DNA of 32,000 nt. Source: Zygophlyctis sp. KS116. Its lineage: Eukaryota; Fungi; Chytridiomycota. The DNA is taken from NCBI GenBank assembly GCA_054661495.1, contig BAAFSQ010000093.1:3299-35298 (forward strand), given 5' to 3'. Made by a program: the position numbers and the translations under genes. Of the stretch, positions 19,167-31,892 are shown in pieces; the stretch's first letter is position 1, and each line of letters opens with the position of its first letter. Below the pieces are notes generated by a model, which had not been told where the DNA came from, did not search any database, and saw nothing but the letters and a program-made list of their open reading frames with translations.

Positions 19167-19967
19167 CTAGAAATAATCTTCAATGCCAAGACCACTTTTT
19201 GAAAAACGACTATTTAGTAATTGGATTGGCTCTAGAATTCCTTCTCCGATTCCCAATGGTGTACCAGGTTGCCATCCCATCTTGACTAGCATTTGATATC
19301 CAACACATGATATTGGGTCAAATTCAATTGATTGGCTTTTCTTACCCAAATACTCTCTCCAAAAATTATTAACATATTCAAATATTTGAATATCAAGATG
19401 ATTACGCCATCTATTTGGTATATATGTGTTTGATAGGCGTATAATTAAGAGATATTCTTCCTGATTACTTCCCCTAGATTGAACATTTAGACAATAGAAA
19501 TTAGATTGCTGTCTAATGAAATTAAATAGTCTTTTTGGAATCTGATCAAAAATAATTGTATCAGGCTTCATTATATCTTTAATAAACTTTCGAAGCTTGT
19601 AATCTTGTGTATAAAGAAAAGACTTTATGTCTTGAACAACTCTAGAATTCCAAAACTTGCCATGTCTTTCACGATCAGGCAAATGCACAAATGATTCCAT
19701 TGCAGCATATAATCTCTTAATAATCTCAAATCCATCCATGTCTATATCAGTCTCTATGAATTCCATTTCTTCCTCTGATGATGAGTTTGTCTCCTCATGA
19801 GTACTTTGAGCATGAGCAAAATAATTACTATTACAATCTTGATGGCCTGGTACAGAATTACAAGATCTGATAGAAATGATCGAATCGGAAGAGTCTGAAT
19901 CAATGCAGATTACTGATGCATCTGATAAGATTTCAGTCAGAGGAATGTCTGAATGCAAAAAGGCCAT
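19167..19967 (-). CDS. Degenerate R3H + G-patch protein (Sqs1-like paralog)
   Basis: C-terminal G-patch VGYQMLVKMGWQPGTPLGIGEGILEPI...KSGLG; R3H-like segment lacking both R and H. Confidence 0.8.
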   Translation of the reverse strand: MAFLHSDIPLTEILSDASVICIDSDSSDSIISIRSCNSVPGHQDCNSNYFAHAQSTHEETNSSSEEEMEFIETDIDMDGFEIIKRLYAAMESFVHLPDRERHGKFWNSRVVQDIKSFLYTQDYKLRKFIKDIMKPDTIIFDQIPKRLFNFIRQQSNFYCLNVQSRGSNQEEYLLIIRLSNTYIPNRWRNHLDIQIFEYVNNFWREYLGKKSQSIEFDPISCVGYQMLVKMGWQPGTPLGIGEGILEPIQLLNSRFSKSGLGIEDYF

Positions 19968-20040
19968 CTAAAGATTCTAAAATTTTATAAAACTATTTTT
20001 ATAAACAAGGAAATAATTTATAAGAATCTAAATCCTTTCA

Positions 20041-20953
20041 TCATTCTGCTCCAAGACCACCACGTTTAGATCTTACAATGGCTGTAATCGGTTCGACAAT
20101 TCCAGATCCATCACCCAAACTTTCACCCTGCTTCCAACCCATTTTTAAGAGCATTGCATGTCCTATACTAGTTTCAGAATTCAACGGAGCAGCAGAACCT
20201 CCAACAACATCTCCCATTTTAGGTACATGTTCTTGATTAGCATAACCAGCCTTCTTTTTTTGAACTTTTGGCGTTCCATACCAGAATTTATGAATATTCA
20301 AATTAATTCCTAGTTTACCTTTTGTAAGTTCATCAACTATTTTCCCTGAATTCTCTGGAATCCTAGATCCAGAATTTTTAATTATAACAAATACTTTATT
20401 CTTTGCACGACCTCTAGTGTTTGCAGTAAGATTATACTTTCTTGCAATATCATTTACAAAGTCTCTAATTGCAGATGGCATTTTCCCTAAAACCATTGAA
20501 TCTTGATCAGAATTAAAAAAGTCCAAGATTTTGCGATTTTCTTGTCGTCTATACTATTATTATCAGGTAATCATACAAATATTCAATCACTCCCTTGTCT
20601 AAAAATCCTTTAGATTTTTTCAAAATCTTTGCCAGTTCTAGTGCATCATCATGTACATTTAATGAATCCTCTATTGCAATTTCTTTCCGTAAACGCTTTG
20701 CTTCTCTCTTTGCCTTTTTGATTTGAGATTTTGAAGTTTTTGACTCTATTTCTTTGAGAGAGATTATACTCTCTGCCTCACTTGAACTACTATCAAAACT
20801 TGGATTTTCATCAAGAGAAAGTGCCACAAATCTATTCAGATCTTGTTTATATTCCTCATCAATATTATCAATGTAATCCTGATAAATATCATTTTGTTTT
20901 TGTTTCCTTGAGTTGGATTTCCCAAGATTCAAAGAAATATAATCCTTGTCCAT
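20041..20953 (-). CDS. R3H + G-patch protein, Sqs1/Pfa1-like
   Basis: DIYQDYIDNI N-terminal motif, R3H-like MPSAIRDFVNDIARKYNL, GDVVGGSAAPL, G-patch IGHAMLLKMGWKQGESLG...KRGGLG; 28-nt intron at about 20549-20576. Confidence 0.85.
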
Positions 20954-21003
20954 GTAATATCTGCAGCTAGGATAACAAAAAAAAGACTTGATAAAATAGA
21001 CCT

Positions 21004-21549
21004 TTATTCTACGACTGCATTATTTTTCTCTGAATATCTAGCCTTCATATCTTCCCATCTTCTTTCAAATGGATCTTGCCTCTCTCCTTTAAATTTCCAT
21101 AGAGACCTTTCTTCATCTTCATGTTCTATAATTGATTTTCTTGAATGTTTCTCTACTTCTAAAAACATTTTTTCAAATGTTGCTAAACCAATTCCCCATC
21201 CAATAGCACCCCAAGCAGTTTTAGCAAAATTCCTTTTTAAAAGTCCCTTTACAATTCCAATAGAGACTCCTCCGGCCATTGTATTAAAGGGATCATCGGT
21301 TTGACGGAATCTAGCAAAAGAAGTCCTTACTGTCCAAAATAAACCAAGTATTCCACCTGCAGTTAAAGAGGCGCTTGGAACAAGAGCAAGAGAAGACTTT
21401 ACAGGTAAACCAAGCCAAAATCCACGGCCTAATGAGACTATTGCTCCTCCTAATAGTCCAGCTCCAATACCCTTTGTACCTTCAGTCAGGGGGGATGCAT
21501 ATATTGCGGCTTCTCCAATGGCAAATAAATCTGTGTTTTCCGAACCCAT
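21004..21549 (-). CDS. Tim17/Tim22/Tim23-family membrane protein, probably NDUFA11-like
   Basis: Gly-rich TM helices and the family signature ARFRQTDDPFNTMAGG. Confidence 0.75.
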   Translation of the reverse strand: MGSENTDLFAIGEAAIYASPLTEGTKGIGAGLLGGAIVSLGRGFWLGLPVKSSLALVPSASLTAGGILGLFWTVRTSFARFRQTDDPFNTMAGGVSIGIVKGLLKRNFAKTAWGAIGWGIGLATFEKMFLEVEKHSRKSIIEHEDEERSLWKFKGERQDPFERRWEDMKARYSEKNNAVVE

Positions 21550-21705
21550 GAAAAAATAAGCTTTTGTGATCGCGAATTCCCACCACAGCCCAGTCTCTCT
21601 TTCTCAATGAGACTCCAATACAAAATAAATTCAACTTTATGATTTAATGGCGGCTTTTGATTTTATTGAAATTTAATCAAAAAAAGTCACAGACTAATGA
21701 TCGGT

Positions 21706-22644
21706 CTAATAGAACGATCCAGAAAATTCCTTGTCTGTTGAACCTCTTATAGTTGCATTGTTCCATAAGCCTATAGAATATGAATTTATAAAGGCATCAT
21801 TCACCAGCTTTTGAATGGAATTTTGTGAGTCCACAAATGTTGGACCATTTCTAGTCAAAGTATTGGCCGCTGCGAGACAAGAAGCACTGTTGGCTGTGGG
21901 AAGCCAAGAAGCACAGTAGTTATGATAATTTTTCCAGTTGATATTGAATTTGATTATATGCTTTTTGACAGCAGACTTGCAAATAGTAGCATCAAAATAG
22001 CAAAAATATGCGACCATATTCACGCAAGCTTGCGTTGGATTTAGATTATCATCCATAACACACTGAAAAGATGAATCTTGGTATCTAACTCTAAATACCT
22101 GTGCTCTCTTTAACAATGAAGAGACACTACCAGCAAGAAGATATTTTGGATTGGAAATAGGTGGCCATAATGTAGAAAATGCAAATTTAGCGTTTACTCC
22201 ATATATATCCCAGAAAAAGTTTATCATAGTGCCTGCAATATCATCTGTAATAGGTGTCTTTTCAGCAGGACTATTGATATAGCCCTTCCTCTTTAGATTC
22301 AAAATACTACTATTGCAGGCAGTAGAGTACTTTTCAGTCACTTGAATTCCTGTAGTAGAAGATACTCTACCGGGGAAGCAATTGTCTCCAAAAGATCTCC
22401 AAGGACTTGTTGCGCTAAAGGAATCAAAGACTGTGTTAGTGAAGGCCGTACATTTGGGACCATTTCCACCGGTAGTAGTACTGCAAAAGTAGGAAACTTT
22501 ATTAAGGCAATCTATATAGGGATTCCCCATTGAATCAACATTGCAAGTAAATGTAAGAGCATTTCTGGTAAAGCGGAATACCTGTGCGGAATAACCCATG
22601 GGAATGATTGAAGCCCAGATAGCCAAAGCAAGATTGTGTTTCAT
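21706..22644 (-). CDS. Secreted Cys-rich two-repeat precursor of unknown function
   Basis: Signal peptide MKHNLALAIWASIIPMGYSA; two six-Cys repeats, each starting AQVFR; KR before repeat 2; intronless. Confidence 0.8.
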   Translation of the reverse strand: MKHNLALAIWASIIPMGYSAQVFRFTRNALTFTCNVDSMGNPYIDCLNKVSYFCSTTTGGNGPKCTAFTNTVFDSFSATSPWRSFGDNCFPGRVSSTTGIQVTEKYSTACNSSILNLKRKGYINSPAEKTPITDDIAGTMINFFWDIYGVNAKFAFSTLWPPISNPKYLLAGSVSSLLKRAQVFRVRYQDSSFQCVMDDNLNPTQACVNMVAYFCYFDATICKSAVKKHIIKFNINWKNYHNYCASWLPTANSASCLAAANTLTRNGPTFVDSQNSIQKLVNDAFINSYSIGLWNNATIRGSTDKEFSGSFY

Positions 22645-23403
22645 TTTAATTTATAAGTGTAGATAAAGATCAAAGTAGTTTATTTTATAAGAGAACGGTT
22701 GACGTTGACACATTGTCTGGCGGTGACGTTGATTTATATTAGCTGTTTCAAATACATCTCTCCAACTTCAAATATCGTAGAAAGGCTCTTCAGTTGTGTT
22801 TTAACTGATAACCCAAAATTAATACTCCATATTCAATTGATTGTGTGATGTTTTTGAAGTTTATCAGGAACCTAAAGGATCAGAAATGGATCAATAAATA
22901 ATTAATGATGTCATTGTGGCACCACCTCTCCTTTTTTGATTAGTAAGCAGATTGCATCATCAGTCAATTGAGTCCAAAGTCTTCCGTTGGATCATTGCCG
23001 TTTGTAGGTGCCTCAGTCGTTAAGTAGGTGCCACTGTAGGTGTCATCAGGAGCAAATGCAACAACTCAAAGTAAATTTCAAACAATTGTACAGAAACTGT
23101 ATATTAAACGATTGGATTTTAGTCATCCCGATTGAAACGCACAATGATCCGGACTGGTGGAAATCTCATATATTAACAAATGCCTTTTCTAGACATGAAT
23201 TTCTAAATTTAAATTCTGAAAAAGTTTTAGTTGGAAATGGGGAAATTTACCGGGGGTTATTTATATCTATCAAATTGATGATTTATTGGAAATTTTCATT
23301 TCCACGGGTACTGCATAAATTTAAAAATTTGATTGCTTTTCATCTTTCCAAGAGATCAAAGCATGGAGGTGGAACGGAACAAAAAAAATTCTCGCGTATT
23401 GAG

Positions 23404-24600
23404 ATGCCGGACAAGACTTGTAAATCATTAGCTCAAAATACCCCTAAATGGAGAGTAGTTAAACCAATTCCGCCTCTAATGATCCCGAATAGAATTATGC
23501 AGGAATCTAATCAGGCGAATAGATCAAAAACAATCATTAAAGTTCCAAAATATTTGAGTGAAAGTTCTGATAAAGACTCTTATAAAATACTGCTGTTAAT
23601 CAGGGAATTGGCGTTATCTCAAGAAAGAGAAGAAAATTTAAATGATTTAATTTCCAGAGAAAAAGAAGAGCATAAAAAGGTAGAATTGGATTTCTCGCGT
23701 ACACGGCAAGAGTTGGACGATTTACATAAAAAGCAACAATCATTACATCATCAATTAAGAGAATCATCTAAAATCATTTCACACTATGAACAGGAAATAT
23801 CAGTACTAAGGAATAAACCGTGTATTGCTAAAAGTTCAATTGGAGTTGGAACAGATTTTATTATTTCTGAAATCTCAAAAGTCAACAATTCGAGCTTCAA
23901 ATCTAATACAAAACAAGTAAATCCTGCTGATCTCGAGTATTTTCTGAAATTATGCCGTCAAAATGAAATGAGTATTTCATACATGGTTGAGCCAAGTGAA
24001 AAATTAGATACAGCATCATCAATTTCTGAATCGATAAGTTCATTTGCTGATCAAAAAATACAAATTCTTAATGATTCTCACTTGGAGAATATTGTCGCAG
24101 AAACGAATCAGTCTAAATCTTTTAAAAAAATTCATATGGGAATACAGACAGAAAAACAGAGTGATTGTTCAAAAGAAATTAAGGTAGATCCTACGCCAGA
24201 AGACTTGAAGTTTATTATGAATGCATACTCTGAAAATAGATCTGCTACATCAAAAAAGGAACCAATTCATGAAAATACAGTTTCCTTCAAAGATCGGATA
24301 AGGATTTTCAGTAAAAATCCATGCTTCAAAACTTCACCAAAAAATTCAATTTGTACATGTGTTAAAAAATCAGAAATCTCTAAAAGCTCTACTGAATCTT
24401 CTCAATCAAATAATGATTTATATTTATTACAAGATGAAACATCTATGCTATTACCATTACCGGATCTACTCGCAGAATTAGAATCAAGTTATAAGTCTAT
24501 AGAAATAATGGAAATAGAACAAGATAAAATCTTTGTTCAGGAGGATATGTGCGAAAAGAATGATGATTTGAGTAATTTGATTCAAATTTTGAATTTTTAA
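23404..24600 (+). CDS. Hypothetical coiled-coil protein (start uncertain; the open frame extends to 23008)
   Basis: Long ORF with a heptad-rich segment (LIRELALSQE...EISVLRN) and S/K/E low complexity; ATG 23404 is preceded by a TCGCG motif as in other promoters here. Confidence 0.65.
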   Translation: MPDKTCKSLAQNTPKWRVVKPIPPLMIPNRIMQESNQANRSKTIIKVPKYLSESSDKDSYKILLLIRELALSQEREENLNDLISREKEEHKKVELDFSRTRQELDDLHKKQQSLHHQLRESSKIISHYEQEISVLRNKPCIAKSSIGVGTDFIISEISKVNNSSFKSNTKQVNPADLEYFLKLCRQNEMSISYMVEPSEKLDTASSISESISSFADQKIQILNDSHLENIVAETNQSKSFKKIHMGIQTEKQSDCSKEIKVDPTPEDLKFIMNAYSENRSATSKKEPIHENTVSFKDRIRIFSKNPCFKTSPKNSICTCVKKSEISKSSTESSQSNNDLYLLQDETSMLLPLPDLLAELESSYKSIEIMEIEQDKIFVQEDMCEKNDDLSNLIQILNF

Positions 24601-24642
24601 CTTTGAAAAAATTCGCGTTTTATAACTTCTCTCTGCTCCAGT

Positions 24643-26326
24643 ATGCATAATCATAGGTTTTATATGGATAAAAAGATTCGAGAGCCTATTGAACCATTTG
24701 AGTTCTGGACTATTCTGGCTGCATGCGGGTTCCTTGTTATCCTAGGTGGGATATTTGCTGGTAAACCAAATATAATCTCAATGGCTAGGTCTGACTATCG
24801 GACTGATGAGTTTGGATGCTACGAATCTACAGATATTAAGGGCCTCAGGGACCAACCTTGAAAAGATTTATGCAGCACGCATTGAACCAATAAGAAAATC
24901 AACTCATCTATTACTTGTGACCCTTTTGCTAGGAAATACTATAGTTAATGAAACATTGCCTGTTCTCTTTCACATCATACATTTAGATGGTTATCAGGCT
25001 GTACTCATTTCTACTGCTCTTATTGTGGTTTTTGGAGAAATTATTCCTCAGGCAGGTAAGTTTAGGCTTTGATTCAGATTATAGTTTGTGTCCGATATGG
25101 TTTAGCAATTGGTGCATTTTTCGCTTGGCCATTAAGGATTATGATGTGGATTTTATATCCAATCGTGTATCCAACTGCAAAGTTGTTGGATTGGTTTTTA
25201 GGGCATGAGCATGGAATTATTTATAAGAGGGCTGAACTAAAGGAATTAGTTAATGTAAGATTTGTAGTATTTACATGAATTAGTTACATGGAGAAGGGCC
25301 GTCTGGTACTTTAAATAAGGATGAGGTCTCTATCGTAAAGGCTGTGTTAGAGTTGAGAGATAAGACTGCTGAGCACACCATGACAAAAATAGATGATGTT
25401 TTCATGCTTCCATTATCTGGAACTTTAAATCGGGAAATGTTTCAGATGGTAGCATATATTTTTTTAATTTTATAGATCATGCAGAAGGGACACTCAAGAG
25501 TTCCTATATATCATCAATCTCGTCAAAATGTTATTGGTGTTGTATTAGTTAAATCCTTAGGTAACAATGAACCTTTTAATAGTAGTAATTTATGAAATGA
25601 ATAAGAATGTTCCATTATCAAATATTCAAATTAGAAGACTTCCAAGGGTCGAAAAGAATACCCCGCTTTTTGAATTGCTTCATGTTTTTCAGTCTGGTGG
25701 CTCTCATATGGCATTAGTTGTAGACCCTGTAACTATTGATGAACCAACCTTCCCGGAATTATTGGTGCATGACTCGCCGCTTTGGGTTCCTGCCAAATAT
25801 CCTGATTCAAAAATACGATATAGGATTCTTGGCATTATCACTTTAGAGGATGTCATTGAGGAACTGCTTGGTGAAGAGGTGATTTCTATCATATTTAAAA
25901 GTCTAGATTATCGATGAAACGGATGTATACGTAGATATGAATTCTAAAGTGGAAGTTTTCAGAAGCGATGACTTTAGGCCTTCTTCTCTAATTAACATTA
26001 TTCCTCAAATACATTCAGAATCTAAGAAGCCAAATACATCCGAAGCCCCGGATGAATCAACGCACCTTCTGCAGGAAAATGCAGAAGACAAAACGCCAAC
26101 ATTCAGGACTTCTTCTAAATTTAAAAAGGACAAAGAAATGATTCCTGCCTCCAAATTAGCGTCAGATGCTACATTAAGAGAAAAGGTTTTAAGGCCTGCT
26201 CATATCTTTTCACACTTTCCTCGAGAATCTATTGAAGAGAACAGTAGCGATCCAGATATTAGCTGGTCATTAGACGATGGATCTCTTTCTACAAAGGAGC
26301 CATCGTCTCCACAAATAAATCAATAA
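24643..26326 (+). CDS. CNNM/Mam3 family DUF21-CBS metal transporter
   Basis: GGIFA|GLTIGLMSLD, HLLLVTLLLGNTIVNETLP, FGEIIPQA, GHSRVPIY, GGSHMALVVD, GIITLEDVIEELLGEE|IIDETDVY; about 6 short introns; start may be 24665. Confidence 0.92.
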
Positions 26327-26335
26327 ATTTTTAAA

Positions 26336-27335
26336 TCATTCGTTAATATTAAGTTTCCAGATTCTAACTAGAGAATCATCTCCACCAGTTGCCAATAAGA
26401 ATCCATCAGTATCCAAAGGACACCATTGCAAAGAATTAATTTCATTTCCGCCTTCTGGCAGACTAACAGAGCATAATTCTACTAGTTTATTCTCTTCTTC
26501 TTTTAATATCTTGATGACACTATCTCCTCCACTGGTTGCAATATATTCATGATTTTTAGACCAAGAAACTGAATAAATTGGACGTGAGTGATGATTTTCA
26601 ATTACATGAGATTGTATCCATTTCCCATCTTCCAATACCCATAGCCTTATACTCCTATCATCTGAAACAGACACCAGCTTGTCCCCTTTTTGATTGAAAT
26701 CTATTGACCAAACTGTAGAAATATGTCCAGTTAGTGTATCTGAACAAAACCAATCATCATCATCATCTCTCCAAATTTTAATAGTATCATCCTTTAGTTA
26801 ATATTATAACAAGGTACGTATGATGCCGAAGCCAATAAATCTTGATTTGGATGCCAAATGACAACTTTAACATCTTGAGTATGTTCTTGTAATACACTTA
26901 GACATTCAAAATCCGAATCATCCACCAATTCCCAAATCCATACACTCTTATCTCTTCCACAAGTAGCTAATAATGATCCGGAAGCAGACCATGCAACTGA
27001 TTTAACTTCATTCTCATGCCCCTCTAGCGAAGCTAAACATTCCGGATCATCACTGGTAATATCCCAAATTAATGTTTGACCGTCAAAACTACCTGATGCA
27101 AGCCACTTTCCGTTTGGAGCATATGCTAATGATCTAATTGTTCTAGTATGTGCATTGTCTATTAAAGTTTTTGATTCCCAATTTTTATCAAAAATTCTAA
27201 TTGATTTATCAGAAGATGCAGTGGCTAATGATCTTACAATCGGAGACCATGATACTGCCCATACAGTTTCCGCATGTCCTAAAAATGAATATAAACAAGA
27301 GTACCTGATAAAGTAGCAACAATCTCCAAGTGCAT
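26336..27335 (-). CDS. CIA1: Cytosolic Fe-S assembly WD40 protein Cia1
   Basis: HTRTIRSLAYAPNG, LEGHENEVKSVAW, CGRDKSVWIWE, EHTQDVKVVIWHP, ASASY|DDTIKIW; introns 27279-27304 and about 26792-26817. Confidence 0.95.
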
Positions 27336-27385
27336 TTGATTAGAACGTAAGCCCTAATTCAATCATTGCTTCAACTTCTTGACGA

Positions 27386-28236
27386 ATGCGACTAGAGCTA
27401 AGAGATTCATTTCTATTTTATCAAATCTATGATGGTCCTTCCAACATCCCATGCTTGATCTTAAACGGAACGTAAGTAAATCTCTATTTAACTAAAGTGC
27501 AAATGTAACTGATGACTTTGATCAGATCGCTAAAGAGATCTCAAGAGATAGAAGCGTTTGTATATTTGACTATAGGGGGATGGGTAAATCAGGGCCTGAA
27601 ACTCGAGATATTACTTTAATTCAGACTGCAACTGATGCATTTGAGCTTTTAGAGCATTTGGGATGGAAAAAATTCTATTTGATTGGCCATTCATTTGGTG
27701 GTATAGTTGCGTTGGAGTTGATACTTCTTCTAAGAGGAAGGAATGATTTTGATTGTTGTGGGCTTGTTCTCTTGTCTACTTCTGCAAAGATTTCAGCTCA
27801 TGGTTCCTTGAGTTCTATAATTTTCGATAATCTCAGAATCCACTCTATAGGAGTGAATGAGAAATCATATAGCGATATGGATAAGGATTCTAGGATAGCT
27901 CTCTCAAAAGGAATTGTAAAGGCATGTGCACCAGACATTACCACTAGGCATTTTGATCGAGATATTCAAATTATTGAACAGCAAATTTATTTGCAAGATG
28001 CGTTAGAAATAGTTCAAATGCTTCATCTCGTATCGGAAATTAATGTATTAAGTATTATTGGGCTAAAAGATACGGTTAGTGATCCTTTTTATTTTGAACG
28101 TAAGTGCAAAAGTATTTTTAACATTTAGCCATCTTTCAAGAATTTTCAAATATAAAAATATATAGATTAGAGGAGGCATCATTTTGGACATGGTCAAATT
28201 GTTTTCAAGAAACTGTTAATCCAATCAAAATGTTTT

Positions 28237-28244
<8 letters not shown>
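27386..28244 (+). CDS. Alpha/beta-hydrolase fold protein
   Basis: FDYRGMGKS, LIGHSFGG nucleophile elbow, IIGLKD acid loop; introns at about 27470-27497 and 28100-28128; TAA at 28242-28244. Confidence 0.85.
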
Positions 28245-30509
<2,265 letters not shown>

Positions 30510-30700
30510 TTTGAGCAACAGAAAAATTATATGTAGTTTTAGGTCACTAGGATCCTTGAACTGATCTTATCTTTGATATTTTCGGACATGATAATCCAAC
30601 TTCAAATCACTTCGGTCGGTGATGACCATCCCATCCAATCCAATCGGTCCAGTCAAACAAACGGATATCTCCGAATCATTCAGTTTACAAATTTTGCTCT

Positions 30701-30868
30701 AAGCCTGATTGGGTTATATACAATGAGTTTGTATTGACTTCTCAAAACTATATCCGCACTGTCAGCGCCATCCGTGGAGAATGGACTTTCGAGATCTCGC
30801 AGTCACACTTTAAATTATCTCGGTTCCCAGATGGATCAGCAAAACTAACTCGCTAGAATACGGTAAAA
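30701..30868 (+). repeat. Inverted partial duplicate of the PRP43 3' coding region
   Basis: 30701-30845 is the reverse complement of 28356-28500 with 6 mismatches in 145 nt by manual count; a degenerate extension runs to about 30868. Confidence 0.93.
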
Positions 30869-31118
30869 AAACAATCGGGTCTTCATTCAATACGGGAAGA
30901 ATTGAACATTTGTATGCAGTCTTGCATGAGAGTATACGTCAAAATGCGAATGTAAACAGGTCCAAAGACCACGGTCTGAAGGAGATTCGGACATTAAAGG
31001 AACCCTATAAAAATTGCTGTTTGAAAGACGACGAAATTGCTCCAAGGTAAGCCATTTGAACTTGAAACATGAAAATGCATTGTTTTTTGAGATTAACTTT
31101 TGAGATTCACTCTAAATA

Positions 31119-31797
31119 ATGAAAAATATTCACAGAGAGAAATTAGTTGTTATAAGTCCATAGTAACTGATCCTTAACACATTGATATTTAGCAAAACTT
31201 CTTCAGAATTGAGAAATTTGAAATTTTATGAGGCTGAAACTATCGAGTACGCTTATATTCTTTTGTCTCTAAGGTAGTTTTACAGCGACTGACTTCTAGT
31301 AAGCCACAAGAGAACCAAAATCAGTTTGTCTTCTACGACCATGCCGATTCAAAAAAATCTCAACTGGACAAGGTAACTTACGAACACATTTCTGTTTATA
31401 GGCTGCCGATGATCTTATAAAGAAAAAATATTGCGATCGATTAGTTGAAATTGTTAGTGAAAACACACTCAAAAAGTACTCGTTAAACGGAATGAGTGCC
31501 AAAGAGGAATCTGTCCAAACTATTAATAATGAATCAAAACGCTGCGGGCCGGTTGTGGGAGCTGAAAGATCTTTAAAAAAAGTATTAAAGAAAAGTCAAC
31601 AATCTCCTACCTCTTGCACGCCCTCAAAAAACAAACTTTGGACTGAAGCTGAAATAAATGTTCTCAAATTGGGCGTTCAAATTTATGGAGCAAGAATGGA
31701 ATTGATAAAAGCTCATTTTCCCAATGAATTAAAGAAAAGGTCCGTCCATGGAATGAAGCATAAGTTTAAAAATATGGGATTGATGTCAGGGATATAA
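31119..31797 (+). CDS. Protein with C-terminal TRF/telobox-type Myb domain (divergent)
   Basis: WTEAEINVLKLGVQIYG...LKKRSVHGMKHKFKNM; upstream exons join in frame through introns 31163-31192, 31274-31299 and 31373-31401 from ATG 31119. Confidence 0.7.
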
Positions 31798-31892
31798 TAA
31801 ATAGGACCTACTCATAAAATCAGTTTTTAAAATTAAAATCAAATTAGCAACATTAACTGCAAAGCCTTATCCCATCCATATGTATCATCAAA

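Noticed and set aside
30615-30710. GTGATGA...CTGA possible C/D snoRNA
   Set aside because: No recognisable rRNA guide or terminal stem, and the CTGA belongs to the PRP43 duplicate.
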